This document shows positions 41,401-59,100 of a DNA stretch of 64,000 bases, one piece after another (position 1 is the stretch's first letter; each line of letters starts with the position of its first letter). The position numbers and the translations under genes are program-made. The DNA is from the human T2T-CHM13v2.0 reference genome, Homo sapiens. The DNA is taken from assembly GCF_009914755.1 (NCBI RefSeq), contig NC_060929.1. One strand, 5' to 3'. The notes beneath the pieces are model-generated. The model was not told where the DNA came from and did not search any database. It saw only the letters and a program-made list of their open reading frames with translations.

Positions 41401-42118
41401 ATGGGGAAAAAACAGAACAGAAGGAGCCGATGCGATCAACTGGAAGAAAGGGTATCAGCAATGGAAGATGAAATGAATGAAATGAAGCGAGAAGGGAAGT
41501 TTAGAGAAAAAAGAATAAAAAGAAATGAGCAAAGCCTCCAAGAAATATGGGACTATGTGAAAAGACCAAATCTACATCTGATTGGTGTACCTGAAAGTGA
41601 TGGGGAGAATGGAACCAAGTTGGAAAACACTCTGCAGGATATTATCCAGGAGAACTTCCCCAAATCTAGCAAGGCAGGCCAACGTTCAGATTCAGGAAAT
41701 ACAGAGAACGCCACAAAGATACTCCTCGAGAAGAGCAACTCCAAGACACATAATTGTCAGATTCACCAAAGTTGAAATGAAGGAAAAAATGTTAAGGGCA
41801 GCCAGAGACAAAGGTCGGGTTACCCTCAAAGGGAAGCCCATCAGACTAACAGCGGATCTCTCGGCAGAAACCCTACAAGCCAGAAGAGAGTGGGGGCCAA
41901 TATTCAACATTCTTAAAGAAAAGAATTTTCAACCCAGAATTTCATATCCAGCCAAACTAAGCTTCATAAGTGAAGGAGAAATAAAATACTTTATAGACAA
42001 GCAAATGCTGAGAGATTTTGTCACCACCAGGCCTGCCCTAAAAGAGCTCCTGAAGGAAGCGCTAAACATGGAAAGGAACAACCGGTACCAGCCGCTGCAA
42101 AATCATGCCAAAATGTAA
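41401..42118 (+). pseudogene. L1 ORF1p, disrupted (residues ~8-107 deleted; +1 frameshift at ~41662)
   Basis: MGKKQNR joined to RSRCDQLEERVS. The C-terminal half (NLARQANVQIQ...QNHAKM) lies in another frame. Confidence 0.93.
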
Positions 42119-42181
42119 AGACCATTGAGACTAGGAAGAAACTGCATCAACTAACGAGCAAAATCACCAGCTAACATCATA

Positions 42182-46010
<3,829 letters not shown>

Positions 46011-46949
46011 ACAATGAGATCACATGGACATAGGAAGGGGAATATCACACTCTAGGGACTGTGGTGGGGTGGGGGGAGGGGGGAGGGATAGCATTGGGAG
46101 ATATACTTAATGCTAGATGACGCGTTAGTGGGTGCAGCGTGCCAGCATGGCACATGTATACATATGTAACTAACCTGCACAATGTGCACATGTACCCTAA
46201 AACTTAAAGTATAATAATAAAAAAAAAAGTCTTAGTATTTTTTTTCCAGTTTGTTTCTACATGGGATATGCCCTAGGCAGAATTTTTTTTTTAAGTTTTA
46301 TTTTTCTTCAAATAAACTCTCACTAAGATTTGTTTGAAGTTTTTCTTTAAATGAAGAAACTTCATGCAACCGAATAGTCCAGGTTATAATACCACCAAAA
46401 TAAAACAACACACAATCATATTATCATTCTCTAAGGAAACAATATACACGTGCTGACTGGGTAGTTTTTGAGTAAGCTATACCCATTGGAGAACACTGGA
46501 GATTCTAGGTATATTGATGCTCAAATTTGGCACTACCTCCCACTAATCACTAACCAGTCAAGTAGCTGCTTGCACTAATACATAGATCTTTGATTTAACC
46601 ATCTATACTTCATCAGTATTGGTTATATGTGAGTTTCCGAGATCCTTAATGCCAAAAATGGATGAGCTAATTAATAAATGATTCAAAGTGCAAGGAAAAG
46701 AGCTTTCCCTTCACTGGCTTTCTGATGTCCTCTAGTGAAATTTGTGCCTACACAACAGGAGGTAGTTCCAGGGAGACAAAATTTCATAGCTGAAGCAACT
46801 GTGCTAGATAGGGGAGAAATCAGGGTATGCCAGGAAAATAAACAAAATTTAGGTCCTCAACTTTTGCCAGTCCTACCCTGTAGTAGCTCATGTGGGCTAA
46901 CTCCACGGTTGCAGTGATGGAAGAAATTTTACCATAATATTGAGATTGT

Positions 46950-47200
46950 TCTTATGACAGCAAAGTGTGTTACTGTTTTTTGAGTGCCTATTTCATGTCC
47001 AGCATTGTGCTTCTATGATCTCTAGTAAAAAAAAATACTTTACAAAGTACATGGAGTACTTTTTTTGTAAGTAGAGGAGGAAATTGAAGATTAAGAAGAA
47101 TAAGCCAGTTGCCCTAGTACATATCCATATGGGAAGAGGCAGGGCCACCAATTGAACCCAGGTCTGTGGAGGGCTGATGCTTTGAGCTTTTTATTACCCA
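46950..47200 (-). mobile_element. MIR fragment
   Basis: tgagtgcctatttcatgtccagcattgtgct...gaggaggaaattgaag...attgaacccaggtctgt. Confidence 0.6.
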
Positions 47201-48614
47201 CAGATGGTCACTTTAACAATTAAGTTTGAGCTAAAAAGCCAGATCAGTCAGGGATTATTGATCTCACCATCACTTTAAGTCATTATTTGTATGAGGTATC
47301 ACTGGAACCTGGGAAGAGGGCAAGTAGGAAAATGTATTAGGTGGATTAACAAAATAGTTTCACCTTATCTGAGATGGTGCATTAACAGCTAGAAGAAAAG
47401 AGATTACACTACCTCAGAATAACCCACTCATTAAATATGGAGTATAATAGCAACTGCTGGTTAAGAAAAATCATCAAGAGAAGAATTCTGAGTAGAACTT
47501 CTGATCTTTAATTGTGATGAAACACAATAATACTTGTGATGTTTGATTATTTTTATTTTTACTCTGTGGTCAGTGGTCCCCATAGGAAACTTATGCATGA
47601 AAGTAAGATACTAGTTCGATATAAATAAATTTATCATTGATTTTTTTTGTGCATTTAAGTCTATGATAAGGCAGATAAACAGAAAAGCTGTACTCAGTAA
47701 CAGAAATTAATATGAATTATAAAGCAACTAGGTAAGAACTAAATAAATAGACTGCTCATTTGAAAAGAAAAAAATGTTAGTCTGTTAAGTCCATATGGTG
47801 TAGTGACTAGCAACTTTGCTTTTGTGGTCAGATAGTTACAAGCCCTGACACTAGTCCCTCTAAGACTTTTCATAACAAACTTTTATAAGCCTCAGTCTTC
47901 TTGTAGCAAAATGAGGATAATCATACTATCAACTGATTAAATTGTAATGAGAATTTTAGGGATGTTGCATATACACAGATCCTGATCTGCCGTGAGTCTT
48001 GATATATTATAGTCATTTTAATGAATTTCATCATTATTATTACCACTGAAATAGCACATAGGAAGATGAGAACACCTTTGGAAAATTTTAAATTGAAGAT
48101 TATTTTACTGGGTTTCAAACTTGCACCACGAAGCAGGTTCACAAATGGAAAGGCATTTTAATTATGAGTCTTCCAGAAAGATAGATTAACTTTATAAACA
48201 GCCCTGTAATCATAATTACTAATAACTCTCTTTATTCAAAAGCTTTGTCATATAATAAGTACTCACAAATACCAAGTAAATTGAGTTGATTTTCATTTGT
48301 ATTATTTGTTCTTATATAAGGTAGGTAAGCATTTAAAATGCTTAGTACAAAACTCATTAATTGAAACTTACAATCTTTGTGAGAAATATGTAGACTTCTA
48401 GCATAAAACTAACACAGTGACAGTGATTATATTTTGTCAAATACTGGCACTACAATAAAGTCTAGTACTATTCAGAATAGATGCTTTGATAGATACTTTG
48501 ATGTTGTTTTATGACTCAATATTCACTCCAAAATCAAGGAACACAGTCGATTAATATGCTACTAAAAATGCCAGGGCAGAAGTATACCAGATGTTTCTAA
48601 CTTTTGCACAGAAG

Positions 48615-49345
48615 GCAGCCATTCCTTTATTTGTGAAGTGTCTATTGAGCATCTTCTATATGACAGGGACTGTTTCAGACACTGGGGATATAGAGATAGA
48701 CAAGATATGCTTGGTTCTCACTCCTTTGGACTTGCATTTTAGTGGGCATAGACAATACAAAGTGAATGATATACAGAAAGTGATATGTGCTATAAAAATA
48801 AAATGGAAAAAGTAATAGAGAGTGACTGTGCTGGGAGCAGGGGCTAGCTCTTTTAGATTAAGAAGTAAGGAGAGCTCCTCTGTTTGTGTAATAGTTTATT
48901 AGTCTTGAAAGCATACCTAGATTATCTTGAACGCAGGAGAGGGGGTCTAAAAAACATCAAATTGAGAGTCACTTTCAGAGTTTAGAATGCCCTCATGTAG
49001 TTGGATTTACTTTATTCCAAAAGTCAATAGCCATAAAAATCATGAAGCTTCCTCTGTTTTGCATGGCTGTCTGTCTCCAACTCTTTGATTATTCTGGTAC
49101 CTTAAAACCCTCTGGGAAAAATCCTTGATCTCCCAAATGTGATTTTATATTCCTTATGTGTGCTTCCCTAGCACATTCTGAATACCACCTTTCATAATAC
49201 TGCACTGAAGAAGTTTATTTACTACCCACACATAAACCCATAACTCCCTTTTCTCTTGAAAGAAAATACTTGCCTTATTTAAATTTGTATATACAACACC
49301 AAGTATAGCTACAATTTTCCTACATGTTGGTGGTGAGAGATACAT
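48615..49345. mobile_element. LINE-2 fragments
   Basis: tattgagcatcttctatatgacagggactgtttcagacactggggata (-); ttataccacctttcataatactgcactg-type segment near 49180 (+). Confidence 0.55.
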
Positions 49346-50964
49346 GAAACACGGGACATACAAATTGTATTATTAAGTGCCAGGACTCACTTATTAAGCA
49401 CTTTTATACTCAGTACATGTTGTGTATTTTCTCACTGATATTTGACCTATTTAAAATTAACTATCTTGTTGAACCTCAGAAGTAACATTGCATTATTGAA
49501 CCAGTTTTTTATGTCTTCAGAATCACAAATGGTCATAGACTCTCTGGATATAATATTTAAACATTAAGTATTCACTCCTGGAGTATAATTAATAGTCATT
49601 CATAGTTAATATATAGAAAATTCCCTACTTTGTGCCATATTCTTATCATCCTTCACTGTAATGATGCCAGTCAACTCAGTTCCTCCCGTAACTGATCTGA
49701 TCCCTCATCCCTTACCCAATACATGTCTTCTTCTAGCCCTTAGTTCACATTTGAATTTTCCACTTAAAATACATCTTGCTTTCCATATTTTCAGTCCTTA
49801 TAAAGAGTTGTAGATGGGAAGGTATGCACTACAATGGGAAGAGCTGGTACTGGAGATCTTGTAGGCTAAGAAAACAATTAGTGGAAAATTTATTTTAATT
49901 TTGAGAGACTGGCATAATGCCACTATTTCTTGTAAATTAGGATCAACCCTAAATGGAAATGCTAAATGAAATCTTTTAATATGTTCAGCTCAGTGGGCTT
50001 CAAAAATATTTTACTTCAAAGCTATTCATGAAGTTTTGGAATTTTGAACATTTTTGTTCAAAGCCCCAGTGCTGTGAAATTCGTGTGCAGATCCAAGAAA
50101 AAAGAGTCTCTTTGAGGGAATTTGAGGTAAGCTCTGAAGTTTTATATAGATATTCTCATGGCGCTATATAAATTATTAAATATATGTATTTTTTTCACAA
50201 TAGAGATGTGATACTTTCTACTTTCTGGATATTCTATTAGAAGATATACAGCAGCAGGTTTAGAGCTGTGCACATGATTAGCTCTCAACAAATGCTATTC
50301 ACTCACTGATGAAGTGTAGGCTACAACCATATGCTTTAAGTGAAGTTGATTGAGCCTGTATAATATATCTGGCCATGGTTGACCCACAGCACTAGTTTCC
50401 CTGCATGATGGTTCTTGGCAGCAAACAAGGCTGATTATTTTACAGCTTGGTGCCCTGTTTTCCCAATGCCTTTGAATCTTGCCACAATCACACTTTTCTT
50501 CATGTTATAGGTAAGAAAAATGAGTTATCACAAGTCTATTTGAGAACATTCTGGGAGTCACACTCTGATTTCTATTGCTAATCAATTGCTAATTCTCCTG
50601 ATTCTATTTGTTGTATATTATGTGTACTTGTTTACTTAGCTTAAATCCCATTTCCTTTGCTTTATTCCATGCTGTATATCTTTTATCAAATTAGATGACA
50701 TGTGTCTGGTACATAACAGGGGTTCAATATATGATAGATATAATAATTTTTTGACTATCCCTTCCTTCTCCTTTTCATCTATTCTGTACAATTCACTCAC
50801 ATTTATCCTCCTAGAGAATTATTTTACTGATGGCACATCTTTGCTCAAAACCTTTAATGATTCTCAAATGTTTAGAGAATAAAGTACAGACTCCTTATTC
50901 TGATAGTCAAGGCCTTCTTTGCCTGGCCCCAAGTTTAAACCTCTTTCTTGGCCATGAAGCCTAC

Positions 50965-51200
50965 GTTTCTACATAGTGTTTAAAGGCTTGGATGATGGAA
51001 TCAGATTCCAACACTGCTCTCCAATTTATGACCTATATGGCGTAGTATCCTTATCGATAAAATTGGGAAAATAATAATTATTGTTTCATTGGGTTATATG
51101 ATAATGATTGAGATAATAAATGTGAAGCTCTTAACACTGTCAGTGTCTTAACTCTTATCATATATCTGCCATATAGTAAGTTTTCAATTTTTTGGTATTA
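50965..51200 (+). mobile_element. MIR fragment
   Basis: catagtgtttaaaggc...tggaatcaga...taaaattgggaaaataata...gattgagataataaatgtgaagc. Confidence 0.6.
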
Positions 51201-52364
51201 ATTTTTAGCAACCTCTTTGTATGGAGTACTATATTATGTTTTTATGATGGGAAAATCTGAAAGACATACTCTCCCCTCAATCTATTGGCAGATTATTTAG
51301 TGACAAATAGGCAGATGTTTAATGGCCAAGCTAATTGAACAGCTTTAGCTTAGCTGATAATATTCTTTCTCTAAGTTTTCTGTTACAGTTATGCTCAATA
51401 AATGGACAAAAATAATTCCCTTGAAGAGAGATTATTTTCCTCTACAATAATAATGTCTAGACAGTGTTTAAGAGTAACTTCACTACTGAGAGTGTCCTAT
51501 GAACTCCTCAGTGTGCTACAGGACGGCATGTACAGAGGGAACTGTAAGGCCAATCCAAGCCTCCCCTATACTTTTCCTCTCTTCCCAATTCTCTTCTTCT
51601 ATGTTTTTAATACAATACCTCCCTGCCCTCTTCTTACTCCCAAAGGGGCAATAGAGCTGAATGCTATCAATATATCATTCCACTTTGTGAACTGATACCC
51701 ATCCAACTAGGAAATGTTACAGAAACACACATAGCAAGCTAAAAAGTTTTGAAACCAAGAGATAACCAATATTCTTCACAAGTATTATTTACTTTACTTC
51801 TGTAATTTCTGCCCTCAATTCTCCCCATTTCCCTCTCTTCTCACCATTTTCCCAAGGAATAACATGTGCACAACCCTTGTCCTTATCTCCTTGAACATCA
51901 GTCTTTTAATTAATGGGAGGCCTATCACATTGGGCATCAATCTGTTCATTGAAGCTACAAGGAAGGTCATCCAAGAGTTAAATGATGTCAGGGCTTCTCA
52001 GTCAGAAGGGATATTATAAGTAACCTGCCAAACTTTGTTCACCTTTAGGACAGTGATTATCAGGAAACTCTGTTTTTAATATGGCAATTCAGTGTTAAAC
52101 ATGTGAAATAAACATGCTCTGAGAGCCTGTATTGATTTATAGCTCCTGACCAACAAAGCCCCAGGGGAGTTCCTATACATAAATCTATATGCTTTGAATC
52201 ATAAGATCCTCTCTCTCCTGGCCATAGGTTGTTGACATCTGAACTAAAGGCTATGCACCTGTTAACTTAACATGACCTCTCTACATTAGATGGTCACTAA
52301 TGTACTAGCATTATCTACTGAGATTTTGTTAAAATCACTTGATATGTCATAAAATTATCATTTA

Positions 52365-52765
52365 TTGAGTACCTTCTGTGGATTTTATCAGCTTCTTGTT
52401 TACATATGTCTTTTGCCCAATTTGAGAAATTTGCAGCCATTATATCTTTGAATATTCTTTCAGACCCAGCTTTCTTCTCCTCTTTTTCTGGGACTCCAAA
52501 GATACACATGTTAGATATTTTGTTATAGTTCTACAGGCCTCTGAGGCTCTTTCTATGCATTCTCAGTCTATTATCTCTGTTGTTTTTACTGGATAACTTC
52601 TATTGTTCTTTCTTAAAGTTCACTGATGGCTTTGCCTCTCCTCTTTATTCTGCTGTTCAGCTTATCTATGTGTTCTTTTAAAATTGGTCATTTTATTATT
52701 AAGTTCTTAAATTCTTATTTTACTTTTTGTAATATTTCCTATATCTTTTCTGAGACTTTCTGTTA
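52365..52765 (-). mobile_element. Old L1M ORF1 fragment
   Basis: ORF 52315..52509 (IFGVPEKEEK...IFKDIMAANFSN) resembles the ORF1p RRM start. Confidence 0.75.
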
Positions 52766-52794
52766 CATATAAATTAATATAAATATAAATGTTA

Positions 52795-53345
52795 ATATAA
52801 ATCATTCTATTACAAATGTTCATGCACACATATGTTCACTGCAGCACTCTTAACAATAGCAAAGACATGAAATCAACCCAAAAGCCCATCAATGACAGAC
52901 TGGATAAAGAAAATGTGGTACATATATACCATGGAATACTATGCAGCCATAAAAAGGAATTAGATCATGTCCTTTGCAGGGACATGGATGAAGCTGGAAG
53001 CCATTATCCTCTGTAAACTAAAGTCATTATCCCATTATCCTCTGTAAACTAATGCAGAAACAGAAAAACAAATATTTTCTGTTTTCACTTGTAAGTGAAC
53101 AATGAATACACTTAGACAAAGGGAGAGAAACAACACACACTGGGGCCTGTTTGGGGAGGGTGGAGTAGGAGAAGAGCATTAGGAAACAGAAGTAATGCAT
53201 ACAGGGCTTAATATCAAGGTAATGGTTTGATAGGTGCAGCAAACCATCATGGCTCGTATTTACCTATGTAACAAACCTGCACATTCTGCACATGTATCCT
53301 GGAACTTAAAAAATAAAATTAATATAAATAAAAATAAAATTTTGT
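52795..53345 (+). mobile_element. L1PA10-13-like 3' end
   Basis: ORF2 tail followed by gataggtgcagcaaaccatcatggc...tacctatgtaacaaacctgcac...ggaacttaaaa. Confidence 0.85.
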
Positions 53346-53464
53346 ATTAAAAATAAAAACACAAAATTTGAAAAGACAAAACAAGCTAAAGTAACATTCA
53401 TTTTATTTTGTTTATTATTTGCTATTTATTTTCAACTGTTATTACATTTTATTTTCATTTTTAT

Positions 53465-56078
53465 CTTTTTTTATTTCAATAGTTTTTGGGGAACAAGTGC
53501 TTATTGTTGGGTTGGATAAGTTCTTTAGCAGTGATTTCTGAGATTTTGGTGGACCCATCACCCGAGTAATGTACACTGTACCCAATGTGTAGTCTTTTAT
53601 CACTCATCCTCCTCTCTCCCTTCCCCTCAAGTTCCCAAAGTCTATTATATCCTTCTTATGCCTTTGCATCCTCATAGCATAGCTCCCACTTATAAGTGAA
53701 AACATATAATATTTGATTTTCCATTCCTGAATTACTTCATTTAGAATAATGGTCTCCAACTTCATACAGGTTGCTGCAAATGCCATTATTTTGTTCCTTT
53801 TTATGCCTGGGTAGTATTCCATGGTGAATATATAACACATTTTCTTTATCCACTTGTTGGTTTATGGGCACCAAGGTTGGCTCTATATTTTTGCAATTGC
53901 AAATTGTGCTGCTATAAACGTGTATGCAAGTGCCTTCTTCACGTAATGACTTATTTTCTTTTGGATAAGTACCTAGTAGTGAGATTTCTGGATTGAATGG
54001 TAGTTCTACTTTTAGTTCTTTAAGGAATCTCCATACTGTTTTCCGTGATGGTTGTACTAGTTTACATTCCCACCAGCAGTGTAAAAGTGTTCCTTTTACC
54101 ACATCCACTATAGCATCTATTATTTTTTGATTTTTAAGTTATGACTATTCTTCCAAGAGTAAGGTGGTATCTCATTGTGGTTTTAATTCGCATTGCCCTG
54201 ATAATTGGCGATGTTGAGCATTCTTTATATTAGTTGACCATTTGTATATCTTCTTTTGAGAATTGTCTATTCATGTCCTTCATCAACTTTTTGATGTGAT
54301 TTTTTTTTCTTGCTGATTTGTTTGAGTTCCTTGTAGATTCTGGATATTAGTTCTTTGTCAGATGAATAGTTTGTGGCTATTTTATCCTCTTCTGTGGGTT
54401 ATCTGTTTACTCTGCTGATTATTTCTTTTACTGTGCAGAAGCTTTTTAGTTTAATTAATTCCCATCTATATATCTTTGTTTTTGTTACATTTGATTTTGG
54501 TTTCATGGTCATGAATTCATTGCCTAGGCCAATGTACAGAAGAGTTTTTTCCAGTGTTATTTCCTAGAATTTTTATGATTTTAGGCCTCAGATTTGAGTC
54601 TTTGATCCATCTGGAGTTAATTTTTGTATAAGGTGAGAGATGAGTATCCAGTTTCATTCTTATACGTGTGACTTGCCAATTATCTCATCACAATTTCTTG
54701 AGTAGGATGTCCATTCCCCACTTTATGTTTTTGTTTGCTGGGTCGAAAGTCAGTTGGCTGTAAAGTATTTGGCTTTATTTATGGGTTCTCTATTCTTTTC
54801 TACTGGTCTACTTGCCTAATTTTATACCAGTACCATGTTGTTTTGGTAACTATAACCTTGTTTATAGTTTGAAGTCAGCTAATGTGATACCTCTAGATTT
54901 GTTATTTTTGCTTATTCTTGCTTTAGGTATGTGGGCTCTTTTTTGATTCCGTATGAATTTTAGGACTGTTTTTTCTAGTTCTGAAAAACTATGATGGGTA
55001 TTTTGATGAAAATTACATTTAATCTATAGATTGTTTTTGGCAGTATGATCATTTTTACAATATTGATTCTACTCATCCATGAACATGGGATGTGTTTCCA
55101 TTTGTTTGTGTTATCTGTGATTTTAGCAGTGTTTTGTAGTTTTTCTTGTAGAGATCTCTCACCTCTTTGGTTGAGTGTATATTTCAGTATTTTATTTTTT
55201 TGCAACTATTTTAAAAGAAGTTGAGTTCTTGATTTGATTCTTAGGTTAGTCATTGTTAGTGTATAGCAATACTACTGATTTGTGTACATAGATTTTGTAT
55301 CCCAAAACTTTACCGAATTTATTTATCACATCTAGGAGCTTTTTGAATGAGTCTTTAGGGTTTGCTAGGTATACAGTAATATCATTGGTGAACAGTGACA
55401 GTTTGACTTATTTTCTGATTTGGATGTATTGTATTTCTTTCTTTTGTCTGATTGCTCAGGCTAGGTCTTCTACTGCAACACTGAATAGAAGTGGTGAAAG
55501 TGGGCATCCTTGTCTTGTTCCAGTTCTCAGAGAAAATGCTTTCAACTTTTACCCATTCAGTATAATATTGGCTGTGGGTTTGTCATAGATGGCTTTTATT
55601 ACTTTGAGATATATCCCTTCTATGCAGATTTTGCTGAGGGTTTTAATCATAAAGGGATGCTGAATTTTGTCAAATGCTTTTTCCACATCCATTGAAATGA
55701 TCATATAATTTTTATTTTTAATTCTATTTATGTGATGTATCACATTTATTGACTTGCGTATGTTAAATGATCCCTGCATCCCTGGTATGAAACCCACTTG
55801 ATCATGATGTCTTATCTTTTTTGATATGCTGTTGAATTTGGTTAGCTAGTATTTTGTTCAGCAATTTTGCACCTATGTTCATCAGGGATACTGGTCTGCA
55901 GTTTTCTTTTCTTGTTATGTCCTTTCCTCATTTTGGTATTAGGGTGATACTTTGTTCATAGAATGATTTATGGAGGGTTCCCTCTTTCTCTGTCTTTTGA
56001 AATAGTTTCAGTAGGATTGGTACCAATTCTTCTTTGAATACCTGACAAAATTTAGCTGTGAATCCATCTTGTCCTGGG

Positions 56079-56110
<32 letters not shown>

Positions 56111-59100
56111 TTTTTAAATTACTGTTTCAATCTCACTACTTGTTATTGGTCAGTTCAGAGTTTCTATTTCTTCCTGATTATCTAGAAGGGCTGTATATTT
56201 CCAGGATTTTATCCATGCCCCCTAGATTTTCTAGTTTTGTATGAATAAACGTGTTCATAGTAGCTAGTCTTGAATGATCTTTTGTATTTCTGTGATACCT
56301 GTTGTAATTTCTCCTGTTTCATTTCTAATTGAGCTTATTTGGATCGTCCCTCTCCCCCTTATTTTTTTTTTTTTTGGTTAATCTCACTAATGGTCTGTCT
56401 GTTTTGTTTATCTTTTCAAAGAACTCACTTTTTGTTTCATTTATCTTTTGTATTTTTTGTTGAATTTCATTTAGTTCTGCTCCAATCTTTGTCATTTCTT
56501 TTCTTCTGCTGGGTTTGCATTTGGTTTGTTCTTGTTTCTCTAGTTTTTTTTTGAGGTGTGATGTTAGGTTGTCTGTTTTTGGTCTTTCAGACTTTTTGAT
56601 GTAGGCATTTAATGCTATAAGCTTTCCTATTATCACTGCTTTCACTGTATCTGAGAGGTTTTGATAAGTTGTATCACTATTATCATTCAGTTCAAAGTAT
56701 TTTTAACTTCCATCTTGATTTCATTGTTGGCCCAATGGTCATTCAAGAGCAGATTATTTAATCTTCATATATTTATATAGTTATGAGGGTTCTTTCTGAA
56801 GTTAATTTCCAGTTTTATTCCACTGTGGTCTGAGAGGATACTTAATATAATTTTGAATTTTTAAAAATTTATTGAGACTTGTTTTGTGGTGTATTATGTG
56901 GTCTATCTTGGAGAATGTTCCATGTGCTGATGAAAAGAATGTATATTCTGAAGTTGTTGGTTAGAATTTTATGGAAATATCTGTTAAGTCCATTTGTTCT
57001 AGTTTATAGTTTAAATCCATTCTTTCTTTGTTGACTTTCTGTCTCGATGACCTGTCTAGTAATGTCAGTGGAGCATTGAAGTTCCCCACTACTATTGTGT
57101 TGCCATCTATCTCATCTCTTAAATCTGGTAGTAATTGTTTTATAAATCTGGGAGCTCCAGTTTCAGGTTCATATGTATTTAGGATTGTGATATTTTCCGG
57201 TTGGACTAATTCTTTTATCATTATATAATGTTCCTCTTTGTCTTTTTTTAAACTGTTGTTGCTTTAAAGTATGTTTTGACTGATAAAAGAATAGCTACTC
57301 CTGCTCACTTTTGGTTTCCATTTGCATGGAATATCTTTAACTTAAGCTTCTGTGAGTCTTTGTGTGTTAGGTGACTCTCTAGAAGACAGCAGATACTTGA
57401 TAGGTGAATTTTTAGCCATTTTGCCATTCTGTATCTTTTAATTGGGGCATTTTGGCCATTTACATTCAATGTTAGTAGTGAGATGTGAATACTGTTCTAT
57501 TCATCATATTAGTTGTTGCCTAAATACCTTGTTTAATCTGTTGTTTCATAGGACCTGTGAAATTTATGCTGTAAATGGGTTATATTTTGATGTATTTGAG
57601 GTTCCATTTCAACATATATAACTTCTTTTAGCATTTCATGTAGTGCTGATTTGGTAGTGGTGAATTATCTCAGCATTTCTTTGTGTGAAAAAGACTATCT
57701 CTTCCTCATTTATGAACCTTGGTTTTGTTGGATATAAAATTTTTGGCTAACAATTAATTTGTTTAAGGAGACTAAAGATAGGACCCCAATCCTTCTGGCT
57801 TGTAATGTTTCTGCTGAAAAATCTGCTGTTAATCTGATGGGTTTTCCTTATATGTTACTTGACTCTTTTGTCTCTCAGCTCTTAAGATTATTTCCTTTGC
57901 CTTGAGAGGCAGAGTCACAGTTCCTCCCTACTTGGAACATCTACGTTCCTATAGATGAAAATAGGTGCCTGTCTGATCTGAATAGTTGAAACAGTAGGAC
58001 AGGAGTGTAATTGACTTTAGATAACCTGATGATGATCAACCCAGGTAATGATTTTTTAGTGATGAATTTCCCAAGAGTTCTTTGAGATTCTTGTATTTGG
58101 ATGTGTATATCTCTAGCAGGGCCAGAAGAGATTCTTCAATTATTTCCTCAAATAAGTCTTCCAAACTTTCAGATTTCTCTTCTTCCTTAGGAGCATCAAT
58201 TATTCTTAGGTTTGGCCATTTAACATAATCCCAAATTTCTTGGAGGCTTTGTTCATTTGTTAAAATGTTTTTTATCTTTATCTTTGATTGGGTTAATTCA
58301 AAAGCCTTATATTCGAGCTTGGAACTTCTTTCTCCTACTTGTTCTGGTTTATTGGTGAAAGTTTCCACTACATTTTGTATTTTCCTAAGTGTGTCTTTCA
58401 TTTCCAGAAGTTGTGATTGTTTTTTCTTTATGATATTTATTTCTCAGGAGAATTTTTCATTCATATTCTGTATTTTTTTAAATTTCTTTAAGTTGGTTTT
58501 CACCTTTTTCCGGTATCTCCTCGAATAGCTTAATAATCAACTTTGTGAATTGTTTATCTGGAAATTCAGAGATTTTTTTCTTGGTTTGGATCCATTGCTG
58601 GAGTAGTAGTGTGATTTTTTTGGCGGTGTTATAGAACCCTGTTTTGTCATATTACCAAATTACTTTCTGGTTCTTTCTCGTTTGATTGGGCTGTGTCTTT
58701 TTTCAATTTAATTTTTTTCCCTGTTAAGGATCAGACTTTATTATTTATTTTAGCCTAATTTGGTTCTTGGCATTTGTAGGGGTGAGGACTCTATATAAGA
58801 ACCTTAGTTATAGAGGGTCTTTGTGAGCTGTCTTTCCTTGATGTTGGTTGTAGTAGTTATATTCTTGGTGTGTTGGAAAGTTCACTGTCTCCTGTGAAGT
58901 TGGAATGGCAGGGATCTCTTGAAGCCTATCTCATTCTTTCATGGTATACACTTTATTTATGTATTTAATTTTTTTCCTGGTGTTTTATTTACCAGTTGGC
59001 AATTCAGGCTTCCTGCCAATAGGGGAGGTATTCCGGGGTAGGCATCAATTGTGGCTAAGGCAGGAGGGTAGATGTAATACCCAGTGGTAGGCTAAGGTCC

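Noticed and set aside
46063-46087. G-rich tracts in L1 3'UTRs (also ~845-866 and ~37858-37880)
   Set aside because: A standard feature of L1PA 3'UTRs, not specific to this locus.
48366-48410. Possible 26-nt minus-strand microexon (48372-48397) between ...atgctag and gtaagt
   Set aside because: Not frame-preserving, no partner exons identified, and such motifs are expected by chance in 64 kb.
49999-50062. Small inverted repeats (ttcaaaa...ttttgaa; tttgaaca-tttt-tgttcaaa)
   Set aside because: Short AT-rich stems that are too weak to support a miRNA or structured RNA.
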